This document shows, in pieces, positions 27,558 to 38,194 of a stretch of DNA of 64,000 nt. The DNA lies in NCBI RefSeq assembly GCF_018977255.1, contig NW_024704742.1:133488001-133552000 (forward strand), in the 5' to 3' direction. The notes beneath the pieces are model-generated. The model saw nothing but the letters and a program-made list of their open reading frames with translations. It made no database searches and was not told the origin of the DNA. Source of the stretch: Callorhinchus milii (taxonomy: Eukaryota). Positions within the stretch are counted from its first letter, which is position 1; each line of letters starts with the position of its first letter. The position numbers were made by a program, and so were the translations under genes.

Positions 27558-27897
27558 ATGGCAGACGGGGAGATGTTGAGGTCGGGGGAGCCGCCCAGCA
27601 GGTCCTCTGTGAGGCTGGTCATGCACAGCCTGGTCATGTTCGGCAGGGAGTTCTGCTACGCTGTGGAAGCGGCTTTCGTGACCCCAGTGCTGTTGAGCAT
27701 CGGGCTTCCCCGCAGCCTGTACAGCCTGGTGTGGCTCATCAGCCCAGCCGTGGGCTTCATCCTACAGCCCATCATCGGCTCAGCCAGCGACCACTGCAGG
27801 TCTCCCTGGGGCCGCAGGAGACCCTACATCCTAACCCTGGGGCTCCTGATGATATTGGGCATGACTCTGTTTCTCAACGCAGACGTGTTGGTTTCGG
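27558..27897 (+). CDS. SLC45A2: SLC45A2 (MATP, melanosomal transporter) coding exon 1; start codon uncertain
   Basis: Encodes [46 protein letters not shown]...[18 protein letters not shown], with the sucrose-transporter-like signature. Ends at a G|GCAAGT GC donor, phase 1. Confidence 0.9.
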
Positions 27898-28821
27898 GCA
27901 AGTTCCACGACTTATTTATTATATTATCTTTGTTTTATTATATATATATATGTATAATATTTTTTTCTTGGTTTGAAAAGCTCTCGTTTTTTATTGTGAA
28001 GTTTTCTTTTTAAAACGAGCTTTTATGCGGCACTTTGGAAAGAAACTTTTTGTTTGAGGTTTCGCTGTAAACTTTTGTGTGGAGTTTCGACAGTAAACTT
28101 TGATGCAGAGTTTGATTGGGACTGTTCTCAGGTGGAGAGAAGGAATCTTCTTTTGAAACACAGGTGAATTCTTTTGTTAAAAAGAAAGTTCTCTGCTATG
28201 AAATTTTAAATTAACTTTTTACATTTTAATATTAACTTTTATGTAAAGTTATGCAACTATTTCGGATCGAGAGAAGGTTTTTTTTAACATAGGGTGAGTT
28301 TAACGTTTTGTGTGTCAGTTGTTACACACTGACCAGCTGATATCACGATTTTATTTGCAATTTTAATGCAAAGTATTGTAGACACATATTGCAATACACT
28401 TTAGATACTTACGGTATTACCTGTAGATACGTATCACGATATAGTGTAGATAAGTATTATATCTATATTATAATACATATGTTATATGCAGTATATGAGA
28501 ATCTTACTTATTACAATATGTTTTTATAGTTAGTTTGCATTTTTATACCGTCAGCAACTTACAAAAAAATTGTCTTCAAAGTCAGTCAGTCCCTAATTCT
28601 GAAACAATTGAATAAGTATCTCCACTAAATATGAACACTGGAATTTTTCCCTTTTTATATAAAAAAAACACAACAGTAACTGGGTGAATGACCAATAGCT
28701 CTGTTGCACAGAAGGCCTGATTTGTTCTGCGTTAAGAGTCAGATGTGAGGTGCTTGAGAAGTGAACCACATTCCAGTGGTGGACTCAGGGAGGCTGACTG
28801 GCCACTCTCTGTGTGTTTCAG

Positions 28822-28998
28822 CTCTGATCAGCAGCAAGAAGCAAAGGTACATTTGGAGAATCTTGGCTGCTATGTTCGGAGTGGTCCTGTTCGACTTCTC
28901 AGCTGATTTCATAGATGGCCCCGTCAAGGCTTATTTGTTCGATATCTGCTCCCATCGGGATAAGGAGCGAGGGCTGCACTTTCATGCTCTGTTCACTG
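28822..28998 (+). CDS. SLC45A2: SLC45A2 exon 2 (177 nt)
   Basis: Acceptor gtgtttcag. Encodes ALISS...[40 protein letters not shown]. Donor G|GTGAGT. Confidence 0.96.
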
Positions 28999-30282
28999 GT
29001 GAGTGCTTGCCTTCTAATGCTCTTGGCAGCCAGTCATGTGTTAATTATCACAAGTTTCTCCATTCCAGAGAGCACTCACACACACACAAAGTCTCACCTC
29101 GTGATGTGCTATACCACAGGCAGGAGACCAGGAGGCATGACTTCTAGAGAGCAATGGGCATAAAAGAATCTCCTACATTGTCCTGCAAACACATTCCCAC
29201 GTTTTAACGCTGCTTTTCTTGCTGTGTCCAGTATGTCTTTTATATTTCTGGTTTAATGTAATTTATCTCAGAGTGGTCTGAGACTCTATCCTGCTTGTGG
29301 GGCACTATACAAATGCAAATTGTTGTAGTCTAATTTGTTTTTCGGGCCTGGTTCAGCGGGTAGCTGAAGGTTGTGGGTTTGAGACCCATGTCTGGATTTT
29401 GAACTCACATCTCGCTCTAGACTGATGATCTAGTGCAGTGCTGGCGGTGTGTTGCATTGTCAGTGGTGTCATCCTTCAGATGAGCCATTAAATCAAAGTC
29501 CAGTTTGCATGTTCAGGTGGACGTTAAAGATTCTGTGGCACTACCCGAAAACAGAAGGAAGGGATTTCACCCTGTGTCCTGGCCAACAATTCTCCAAATA
29601 AAATTGGCCATTTGCTTTGTGGCTGTTTGTGGGACATCGATGTGTGCAAATTGGCTGCTGCGTTTGAGTACAAAATACACGGTTCCTAAACCTTACAGTA
29701 AAATTAGCACTTTGAAACACCCTCTCAACCTGAAAGATGTAATATTAAATGTAAAGATTATTATTATAATCAACAGTTTCCATTGATTGGAATGAAGCTG
29801 CTTTTGGTATTAGTAAAAAATGTAAAAGATTATTTTGCATAACTTTTCAAGTTGGGAGGACGTCCCAAGGCGTTGCCAGTTAATCAAGGATTTTCACCCG
29901 AGCTGGGGAGTTGGGATCAGGAGGCGTGGGGGGCAGGGAGGGTGGGAGTAGGTGGGTGACCAAGGGGATGGTCAAACAGGAAGATTTTGAGACGGGCTTT
30001 GAAGGAAGCAAGGGAAGAGGGTAGGTGAAGGGACTGTCGTGTTGGATGGAGTTCCAAAGGGTGGGGCCAGAAAGGCTGGAGGCATGAATGCCAAAGGTGG
30101 GGCAGGCAGGTTGGGGCGATGGAGCAGACCAGAATCTGCTGAGCAGAGGGAGAGGTAAAAGAGTTAGGTACAGAGGTAAAGGCGAGTTAGAGAAAAGGGT
30201 AGCGGTGGCAAAGGCACAACAGGCATAACAGCCTCCCTTCTATGCAGGACATGACTCTTCCTCTATGTCTCTCTTTGTGCAG

Positions 30283-30620
30283 GTCTGGGAGGAGCACTTG
30301 GCTACCTCATTGGTGCCATAGAGTGGAACCACACAATCCTGGGAAGGATTTTTGGCTCTGAGTTTCAAGTCATATACTTTTTTGGGACAACCATCTTCAC
30401 TCTGTTTCTAATCGTGCACCTGTGTAGCATTCCAGAGGCTCCGTTTCGCCAAAGCACGGAACTGGACAGGTTTCTGTTGAAGGATAAGGACGCTTCTGTC
30501 TACGGAACCATCGAGAGCCCGGGCGATGGTCAACATGAGTCAGATTTGTACAAGCCAAATGCTCCACTATTGAAAAGGGAATTTGAAGCCAAAAACTATA
30601 TCAAAGCACCAGAAGGAGAG
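30283..30620 (+). CDS. SLC45A2: SLC45A2 exon 3 (338 nt)
   Basis: Acceptor ctttgtgcag. Encodes GLGGALGYLIGAIEWNHTILGRIFGSEFQVIYFF...HLCSIPEAP...YGTIE...APEGE. Donor GAG|GTATGT, phase 0. Confidence 0.95.
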
Positions 30621-30809
30621 GTATGTTGTCCATAGATAAGGAGCTGCCTAGGCCATTAAAGTAGTGCAGAGGAGAGCAATTGCAATGATGCGCATTGTTA
30701 GAGGAATGTGCAACAAGTAGACAAGTCAGGATGTCTCAGAGGGACAGTGGAATACAAGATTTTAATTGAGACTGAGTAAGTAAACCCAGAATAATACTTT
30801 CAGATACAT

Positions 30810-31190
30810 GGAGTCCTGTAGCGCAGGGGTTAGAGCTCTCGCCCTCACAAGCCAGAGAACCCGGCTTCGATTCCCAGGCAGGGTGAAACCTTAGGCAAGT
30901 TTCCTTACTCCACACGTCTCTGTTTACCTAACTATAAGCAGGAGGGTGGTTGTTAGTCAATTGGCAAATCACTTTCCTGGGGAAATAATCCCTTCAAAGA
31001 AATTGGGTCATTAAGTCCACGACTGATTGTGGGACACTGCTGTGCACAATTGGCTGCTACGTTTCAACCACAAAATACACAGTCAATTCACTTTACCATA
31101 CATACCATACCATACCATGAAGTGCCTTGAGTTGTTTCAACGATGTGATAAGGCGCTATATCAAATGCAATGATTCTTCTTATTATTACT
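30810..31190 (+). mobile_element. Full-length tRNA-headed SINE with L2-like tail. Other copies at ~18236-18660 (+), 21510-21818 (-), 31590-31950 (-), 45900-46130 (-), 50845-51230 (+), 59628-60025 (-)
   Basis: A-box-like TAGC(T/G)CAG(T/G)GG and B-box-like G(G/C)TTCGATTCC, body gggcaagtttccttactccac, and tail gcgctatatcaaatgcaa-(TTA)n. Recurs throughout the window. Confidence 0.88.
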
Positions 31191-31225
31191 AATATCATTT
31201 TAAAATGAGTTTTATTTCCGTTCAG

Positions 31226-31406
31226 ATTTACAGAAGGATCTTTTACCACTCATAGGGATGAAGGGATTATACTTTGTAGACTATTTCTTGTTCGGTCTCG
31301 GAACTGGGCTAATCGCCATTTTCCCTGTTGTCAACTCCATGCTGGTCCTGGGTGCAGTTTTTGGGCTGATGGCCAGGACCCTTTACACAGTCCCTTTTAA
31401 CCTGAT
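31226..31406 (+). pseudogene. SLC45A2: Duplicated, 3'-truncated copy of SLC45A2 exon 6 inside intron 3
   Basis: Aligns without gaps to 40644-40824. About 19 mismatches in 181 nt by manual count. Retains the acceptor. Confidence 0.93.
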
Positions 31407-33498
31407 GTGTAATAATGTTCTCTTTGTAAAGTGCTCTGAGACAATTATTTTATGTGAAATGTACTATATAAATGTAAGTTATTGTTGTTGAGGTGATTTA
31501 AGAAAGGGAACACTGTAAAAGACTGACTCAATTGGTAGCTCTCTCACCTCTCGGTAATAAGGTTGAGGGTTTGAGCCCCACACGAGGAGTTAATAATAAT
31601 AAGAAGAATCGTTGCATTTGATATAGTGCCTTATCACATCTTCAAGATGTCTCAGAGCTCTTCATAAAACGTACTGTTTAGTGAATTGGCTGTATATTTT
31701 TGGGGCGAAACGCGGCAGCCAATTGTGCACAGCTGTGACCCATACACAATCGTGGGCATTGAGTGACCAAATTAGTTTGATTTATTTTGAAGGGATTATT
31801 ACTCCCGGAAAATCCGCCAATCAAGTAACAGTCGGGTCCCTACTGATTGTTAGGTAAACAGAGGCGCGTGGAGTAAGGAAACTGGCTCAACATTTCGCCC
31901 TGCCAGGAAACGAACCCAGGGAACCGAGTGCTTTAACCACTGAGATACTGTTGAGTTGACCTCACAATCAAGGCTGACACTTAAGCAAAGCTCAGAGAGA
32001 ACAGTGCATTGGTAGAACAATACAAATTCACGGTACAGAAGAAGACCATTCGGCCCTCAACAGTAATCCTTTCAGTTCCATTTACCTGCCCTTTCCCCAT
32101 ACCCTTGCAGCTGACTCTTTTTCAGGTATTTATCCAGTCACTACTTGAAACCCAACATGGATTCAGCCTCACCACCGTCACCATTCCATATCCAACTAAT
32201 CTGAGTGTAAAAAATGCAAGTGTTATTATTAATAAAGTTCGCACTATGGCTGCTTGTGGGACATTGCTGTGCACAAATTTGTTGCCCCTCTAGCCTACAA
32301 ATATAAAAAGTCACTGCGGTTTACAGAAGCTTTGAGAAATTATAATAATAATCGTTGCATTTGATATAGTGCCTTTCATGTCAGGAGGACATCTCAAAGC
32401 ACATCACAGGATTCACTATAATGCAACGGTGCGAATGAGCAGATTTATTTGGGGAAATTGTAGGCACAGGGAATTTGGGAGAAACTCCTTTCATTTTCAA
32501 GTAGCGTTTCTTTGTTCCTGATTCATGGCCCCATGGCCTATCTCCACATGAATATTGCATTGCATTTATTTTAGGATGACTAGCATTCAGCCTGCACCAG
32601 TTTATCTCAGAAGGAAACATTCATCCCATCAGTTTGGGCTGAATTTCTTAATGGGTTCTGCAGGGGATGGAAAAAGATCTATCCTTGCCGTGCTGCCCAG
32701 TTCCTTACAAGAAATTTCTCATGACCTTAATCTAAAGAACATGATCTTAAAATTTAACATCGTGCACAATTTTTGTAAAATTATTCAACTTACTTTTAAC
32801 TCAAGAATCGGTTATCCCGTAGGTCAAGAATTTAGGTTATTTAAGCAAATTAGGTTAATTAAGACTGAGTTTTAAGAATCCTTTCCAAATTCTAATAGGT
32901 TAATTAAGAGTGAGTTTTAAGAATTGCTTCCAAATTCTAATTACAATATATATATATGTTTCGCCCACAAATATACAGTCAATTCACTTTACAGTATATT
33001 CTGTGAAGCGCTTTGAGATGTCTGGAAGACATGAAAAGCGCTACAAATGCAAGGATTATTATTATATATTCTGTGTTTTGAGGTGGTTCAATGATGCGAT
33101 AAGGCACTACATCAAATGCACGGATTTATTTTTTAAGTATAAATTAATATTAATATATTACTAAAATTAATATTATAAATTAGTATATTTTTATTATAAA
33201 TTTCACAAAACCTTACATGTTAAGACAGAAGTTGTTCACACTGGAGAAGGTTGTGAGGGGCAGTGGAAGCAGAAAATTTGTTTCAAGATGAATTAGATAA
33301 AGTTCTGCTAGAAAATAATATCTCAGGATACAGTGTATAGTTTGTGTATAGTCACGGACTGCCAGGATGGTGGAAGGCATACTATGTGGACCTTCTTTCG
33401 CCTACCAAATTCTTGTGATCTTATGTAGTTCCGAGGTTAAGACTGTGAGGAATTTTGGTCATTGTGGGGTTTCGCTGATATGTTGCTTTCATTTCAAG

Positions 33499-33642
33499 GT
33501 GCAGCCACGTATGACGCTGAAATCCCTGATTAAGGCTCTGCTCAGCATGCCTGCTCATTACCGTTACTTGTGTGTCAGCCACCTTATAGGATGGACAGCT
33601 TTCCTCTCAATCATGCTCTTTTTTACAGACTTCATGGGGCAG
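33499..33642 (+). CDS. SLC45A2: SLC45A2 exon 4 (144 nt)
   Basis: Acceptor atttcaag. Encodes [48 protein letters not shown]. Donor CAG|GTAAGA. Confidence 0.95.
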
Positions 33643-33835
33643 GTAAGAAAGGAACAACTTGTGAATGGTTTGGGTTTTCAGATTCTTCTTGGATCGAGCC
33701 ATAGAAATGTACAGCGAAGAAGAAGGCCGTCATGTCTGTCGTGGCTCTTTTAAAGGACAATCCTTTCAGTCCCATTTACCTGCCTTTTACCCCCATGTGC
33801 TTACTCCTTTTTAGATATCTATCGAGTAGAAATCA

Positions 33836-35129
33836 TGTTATATGGGTCCCGGCTTGATCAACCGATCACAATGACTCGGGATACACACCCTCCTGGCTGG
33901 CTCACCAACTGTAAACTGTAGCGGCGATGGCTGAATTGGTACACACACAGATCTGAACACCGTTTCGATAGTATAAATAAGTTTAATCAAAATAACTGGT
34001 TGCAACTGACATCACGAATATTGAAAGACTCATAAGGGTTAGTGATTGGTTATACCTTAAGGGTTAAATGGACATTAGGCTTTAAACTAAATAGATCACA
34101 TACAGTCGACCGCATACTAATCCCGAATACAGTTCAATAAATCACAAGTTTGAATCACATGATATCAAAGGTTTTAAGCGAAAGAGGGTGCATTATGCAT
34201 GGATGCTTGGAAGTGCGAAACTATACTATCGGTAACTAGCAGTCAATCAGCCGGGTCGGGTAGAAGCAGCGTGCTGGGAAAGGAGGCTGGGTCAGCGGTC
34301 AAATCTGACTGGTCTCTGGAGTCTGTGACAAGGCTTCCTTTTTTTTTCTCTTTTTTTTCTCTCTCTCTCTGGCTACCTTGTCTCCCTCTGGTGTGTTTGT
34401 GGTATTCTGCCTTAATCGATCTTTCCCCTGAAGTCTGCAGTCCAGAGTTCTCCGGTGATCAGCATGATCGACTGGAAGAGCTGCCTGTTGCTGGTCTCTT
34501 GAGTTTTAACTCGGAGTCTGTATTGTTCTTCCTCCTTCAGCCCTCCTGCTCGTCCTACGAGGAGTCGTTCTCAATCTTGAGTTTCTGTGGTTTCGGTTGG
34601 AGAGGTCAGCCCTTCGCAATGATGACCACAGAGCCTCCTCCCCTGTTCTCTCCCCGATCCGAGACAACTTCACTCAGTTTCTAAAAGTACTGACTCTTAC
34701 AGTCACATCACCTTTTGACCGTTACCTTCCTTCAGATCTGCTCATCTTAACCTGCGCATGGTGTTCATTGTATCGATACCCCTCAGTGATGATTTCTCAC
34801 GCATTCCTTTGCCCCTCGTGACTCTTCTCCTGGCTCCTAATCTCCTTGTCCCAGGCTCCCTGTCCCGGCCTTGAAACTGTTTTCTGACATGTTTTGTTTT
34901 TCTGGAAAATGTAACTTCGTCTAACTTCTTTGATAGCTCTAAACCCATTTGTACCAGCCTGCTGACCGCTAGGTTCAATTTACTGCTGACTTCCGTGGTT
35001 TCAAAGGTCATTCAATTGCCTATTTTCCTTATTAAACAGCAGCGAGTACATTACCCATAATCATATGAATCAACGCTTATAGTCCTGATCATACATAACA
35101 TAATTATCCATAACTCATCATTATTTACA
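33836..35129 (-). repeat. Putative 3' LTR (~1.3 kb) of the ERV
   Basis: On the minus strand it begins TGTAA one base after the PPT and ends ...TAACA at 33836, with ATTAAA at 33982-33987. No second LTR is visible to confirm the boundaries. Confidence 0.6.
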
Positions 35130-36454
35130 GTCCCCACCTTGAGGGGGAAAGGCTTAAACGTTGACCCCTCACCTCCGAATTAAATCTATCAGGTTCAGCT
35201 GGGTTGCTCATTGTTGCAGCTCACGAACTAGCCCGTGGTCCCAACACACTGACCCGATCAGCACTACCATCACTATCATTTGGACAATCATGAACATTTG
35301 TGACATCAAATGCAGAAGGGGTGTTGGTGCAGCAGGTGACATGATGATCCAGATTGCTAATGAGTACCACACTTCAATCCTTGGTTCTGCTTCTGTAAAG
35401 GATCAAGCATATGATGTGTTACTTATACAGTTTCAGCTGATTAATGTGATGCTATCTCGTGTGTTTCCTTCCTTTTGTATTGTATTGTAGTAAGTATACA
35501 AAGAGGCTGGCTTTATCTACTATGGGAAAGGTGCCTCTATATCGCACTTGAAAAGGGTAGCATTTCTTTCCGAAGTCCAGAACCATAACCGAGTCTCCCA
35601 CGTCATATTCAGTTGCTTTGACTTTTTTGTCAAAGCAGTGTTTCATTGCTGCTTGGGTTTTCCCGATATTGGTGGCTACGTACAGGTTAGTAGCCTGAAT
35701 GTGCTCTTTCATTTTGAGTACCCAATTTTCAGTAATGGCGCTTATTTGGACCGGTGTTAAGCTGGGTAGCATCAGTTTTTCTGGTCTTATCATCAAGTGC
35801 CATTGCTGCCATTGCTTGATGTGGAGTTATCCCTGTGGTGGAATGTGGAGTAGCTCTGATTGCCATCAGGCACATAGGATGGGGTGATCTGCACAAAACT
35901 TCTTGAGCATTGTTTTAAGTGTCTGGTTTCCCCTCTCCACTACCCCTAATGATTTGGGGTGAAAGGAAATGTGAAACTTTGCTGGATACCCAACAAGTCC
36001 TGTAATTCGGTAAAGATCCGCCCGGTGAAATGGGACTCCTGGTGGCTGTCCACTTGCAGTGGTATTTCCCACCTGCAGACCACTTCACGCAATAGCAGCC
36101 TGGCTGCTGTCAAAGCGGTGTTGAATTCAGTCTCTAAGTCCATTGCTGGAGCAAGGAATCATCGTCCCCTTTCAGGAGTTCGTATAAAGGTTTTGCCAGC
36201 TCAGCGAAAGATGGTATAAAGGATCGCTAGTACCCACCAATCCCAAAAATGATCGCAGGGCAGTTTTGGAAGTAGGTCAGGGCAATCGTTGTATGATCTT
36301 CACCTTGTGTTCATCTGGTGTTCGCCTTGTTTCGGATAGTTGGACGCCAAGGAAAGTGACAGTAGATTGCATCAATCAAGCCTTTTTAGGGTTAATTTTT
36401 AACCCTAATATTTGTAGCCGCTGGATTACATCAGCCAAGATTTCCAGATGCTGC

Positions 36455-36958
36455 TGCTCCCCCAGAGGATTGAATTCAAGATCCTCATCCTCACCTACAA
36501 GGACATTCACGGCCTCGCTCCTTCCTACCTCTCCGACTACTATCCCCCTATTTACCTGCCCGTACTCTCCGTTCCTCTGGCTCCGGTCTGCTCCACGTCC
36601 CCCGCCCCAACGGCCCTACCCTCGGTGGTCGGACCTTCAGCCTCTCAGTCCCTAGGCTCTGGAACTCTATCCCCCAGTGCCTTCGCCGCTTCCTCCCTTT
36701 CCTCCTTCAAGGCCGGTCTCAAGACCTTTCTCTTTGACCGTGCCTTCAGCTCCCCTCTCAACTCTCTACCCCTTCCTCGCCTCCTCCCTTCCCTCCCCTC
36801 ACCCTGACTATTTCCCCCCTCCTTGCTCCCTCCCTTCCGTCCCCTCACCCTGACCATTTCCCCCCTGCTCGGGTCCTGACCCAACTCTCCAGCGCTTTGG
36901 GACATCCTCCCGATGTGAAAGGCGCTCTATAAATAGAATCTTGTTGTTGTTGTTGTTG
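36455..36958 (+). mobile_element. L2 3' fragment inserted into the ERV RT just after YVDD
   Basis: Near-identical to 9080-9516. Has a (TTG)n tail. The RT reading continues on the other side of the insertion. Confidence 0.9.
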
Positions 36959-38070
36959 TCTGCCGTAGCAATCAGTACATCATCCACGTAGTGGAATACA
37001 CATTCGGAGTGTACACACCCCTTCATAATTGCTGCCATACCCTTGTGGGATATGATGGGGGCATTGTGAAACCCCTGGGGAACACAAGTCCATGTATACT
37101 GTTGGTTGTCGAAGGTGAAGGTAAACTTGTATTGATCGTCCGCCACTACCAGGACACTCCAAACGCCATTGGAAATATCTAAGATTGAAAACACTCGGGC
37201 AGCCCGCGGCAGACTGGTTAATAACATGGGAGATGCGCAGGAAGGGGTGACCTTGTTAAGGTGCCTATAATCAATCGTGAGATGCCAGTTCCCGTCGGGC
37301 TTACAGACTGGCTGTACTGGAGAATCCATGGTAAACGTGCCTTTGTGAATGACTCCCTGATACAACAGAGACTCGATCATAGCCGCAACATACAGGAGGC
37401 TTTCCCGAGGTATTGGGTACTGTCGGCACTGTCGGTGGGGAGGACGTTTATCGTTTCTGGGGTGTCCATTCTCCCTGATCAAATATTATTATTAGTAACC
37501 TTTCCCCTGATTCTTTGCTAACAATCCCATTGTGTCTCTGCTAATGCTGACCAAGCAGTCTGAGACACAACTCTGCGTGAGGAGGAAGGTATAATAATAA
37601 TCATCATAATAATACTTGCATTTCATATAGCGCCTTATCACATCTTTGAGACGTCTCAAAGCGCTTCACAGAATATTCTGTAAAGACTTCAGGCAAAAAG
37701 CAGCAGCCAATTGTGCACAGCAATGTCCCACAAACAGTCATGGATTGAGTGACCAAATTATTTTCTATTTTGATGGAATTATTACCCCCCAGGAATAGAA
37801 ATGTAAATCGTCGTTGTTGTTGCTGACTCTCTGCTCTAACTCCATTCCCTTGCTCTTTACTCTTACCCATTGGTATTATTTTTCTCTCCAAGCAAGAAAA
37901 TCCAATTCCATTATAAATGTAGTTTTGGCTTTAGCTTCAGCAAACAGAGCAGCTAATCCGCTTCAGCAACCTGGAACGCTTTGAGATATCTCGTCAACGT
38001 GATAAGACGCTGTGTCAAATGCAAAGATTATTATCCTAGCTGGTTTCCCTCATCTTTTCATTTGTTTCAG

Positions 38071-38194
38071 ATAGTTTATCGTGGTAATCCCTACGCAGAG
38101 CACAATTCCACGGCGTACATTATCTATGAACAAGGTGTGGAAGTAGGATGTTGGGGCCTTTGCATCAATGCTGTTTCATCTGCGTTGTATTCAT
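38071..38194 (+). CDS. SLC45A2: SLC45A2 exon 5 (124 nt)
   Basis: Acceptor tttgtttcag. Encodes [41 protein letters not shown]. Donor T|GTAAGT, phase 1. Confidence 0.96.

Larger units (their letters stand above)
33836..37590 (-). mobile_element. Endogenous retrovirus relic (RT, integrase, env remnant, PPT, 3' LTR), antisense in SLC45A2 intron 4
   Basis: RT: QYPI..SPVQPVCKPDGNWHLTIDYRHLNK..LDISNGVWS..QYTWTCVPQGFHNAP..YVDD (~36960-37450), with thumb region ..LRSFLGLV (~36200-36450). Integrase core and GPY/F-like tail (~35460-36125). PPT AAGGTGGGGA (35131-35140). Confidence 0.88.

Noticed and set aside
31258..31491. Exon 6 copy as an in-frame mutually exclusive exon
   Set aside because: It lies upstream of exons 4-5, and its phase-1 acceptor is incompatible with the phase-0 exon 3 donor.
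32850..32941. ~46 bp tandem duplication
   Set aside because: Ordinary local slippage duplication with no functional signal.
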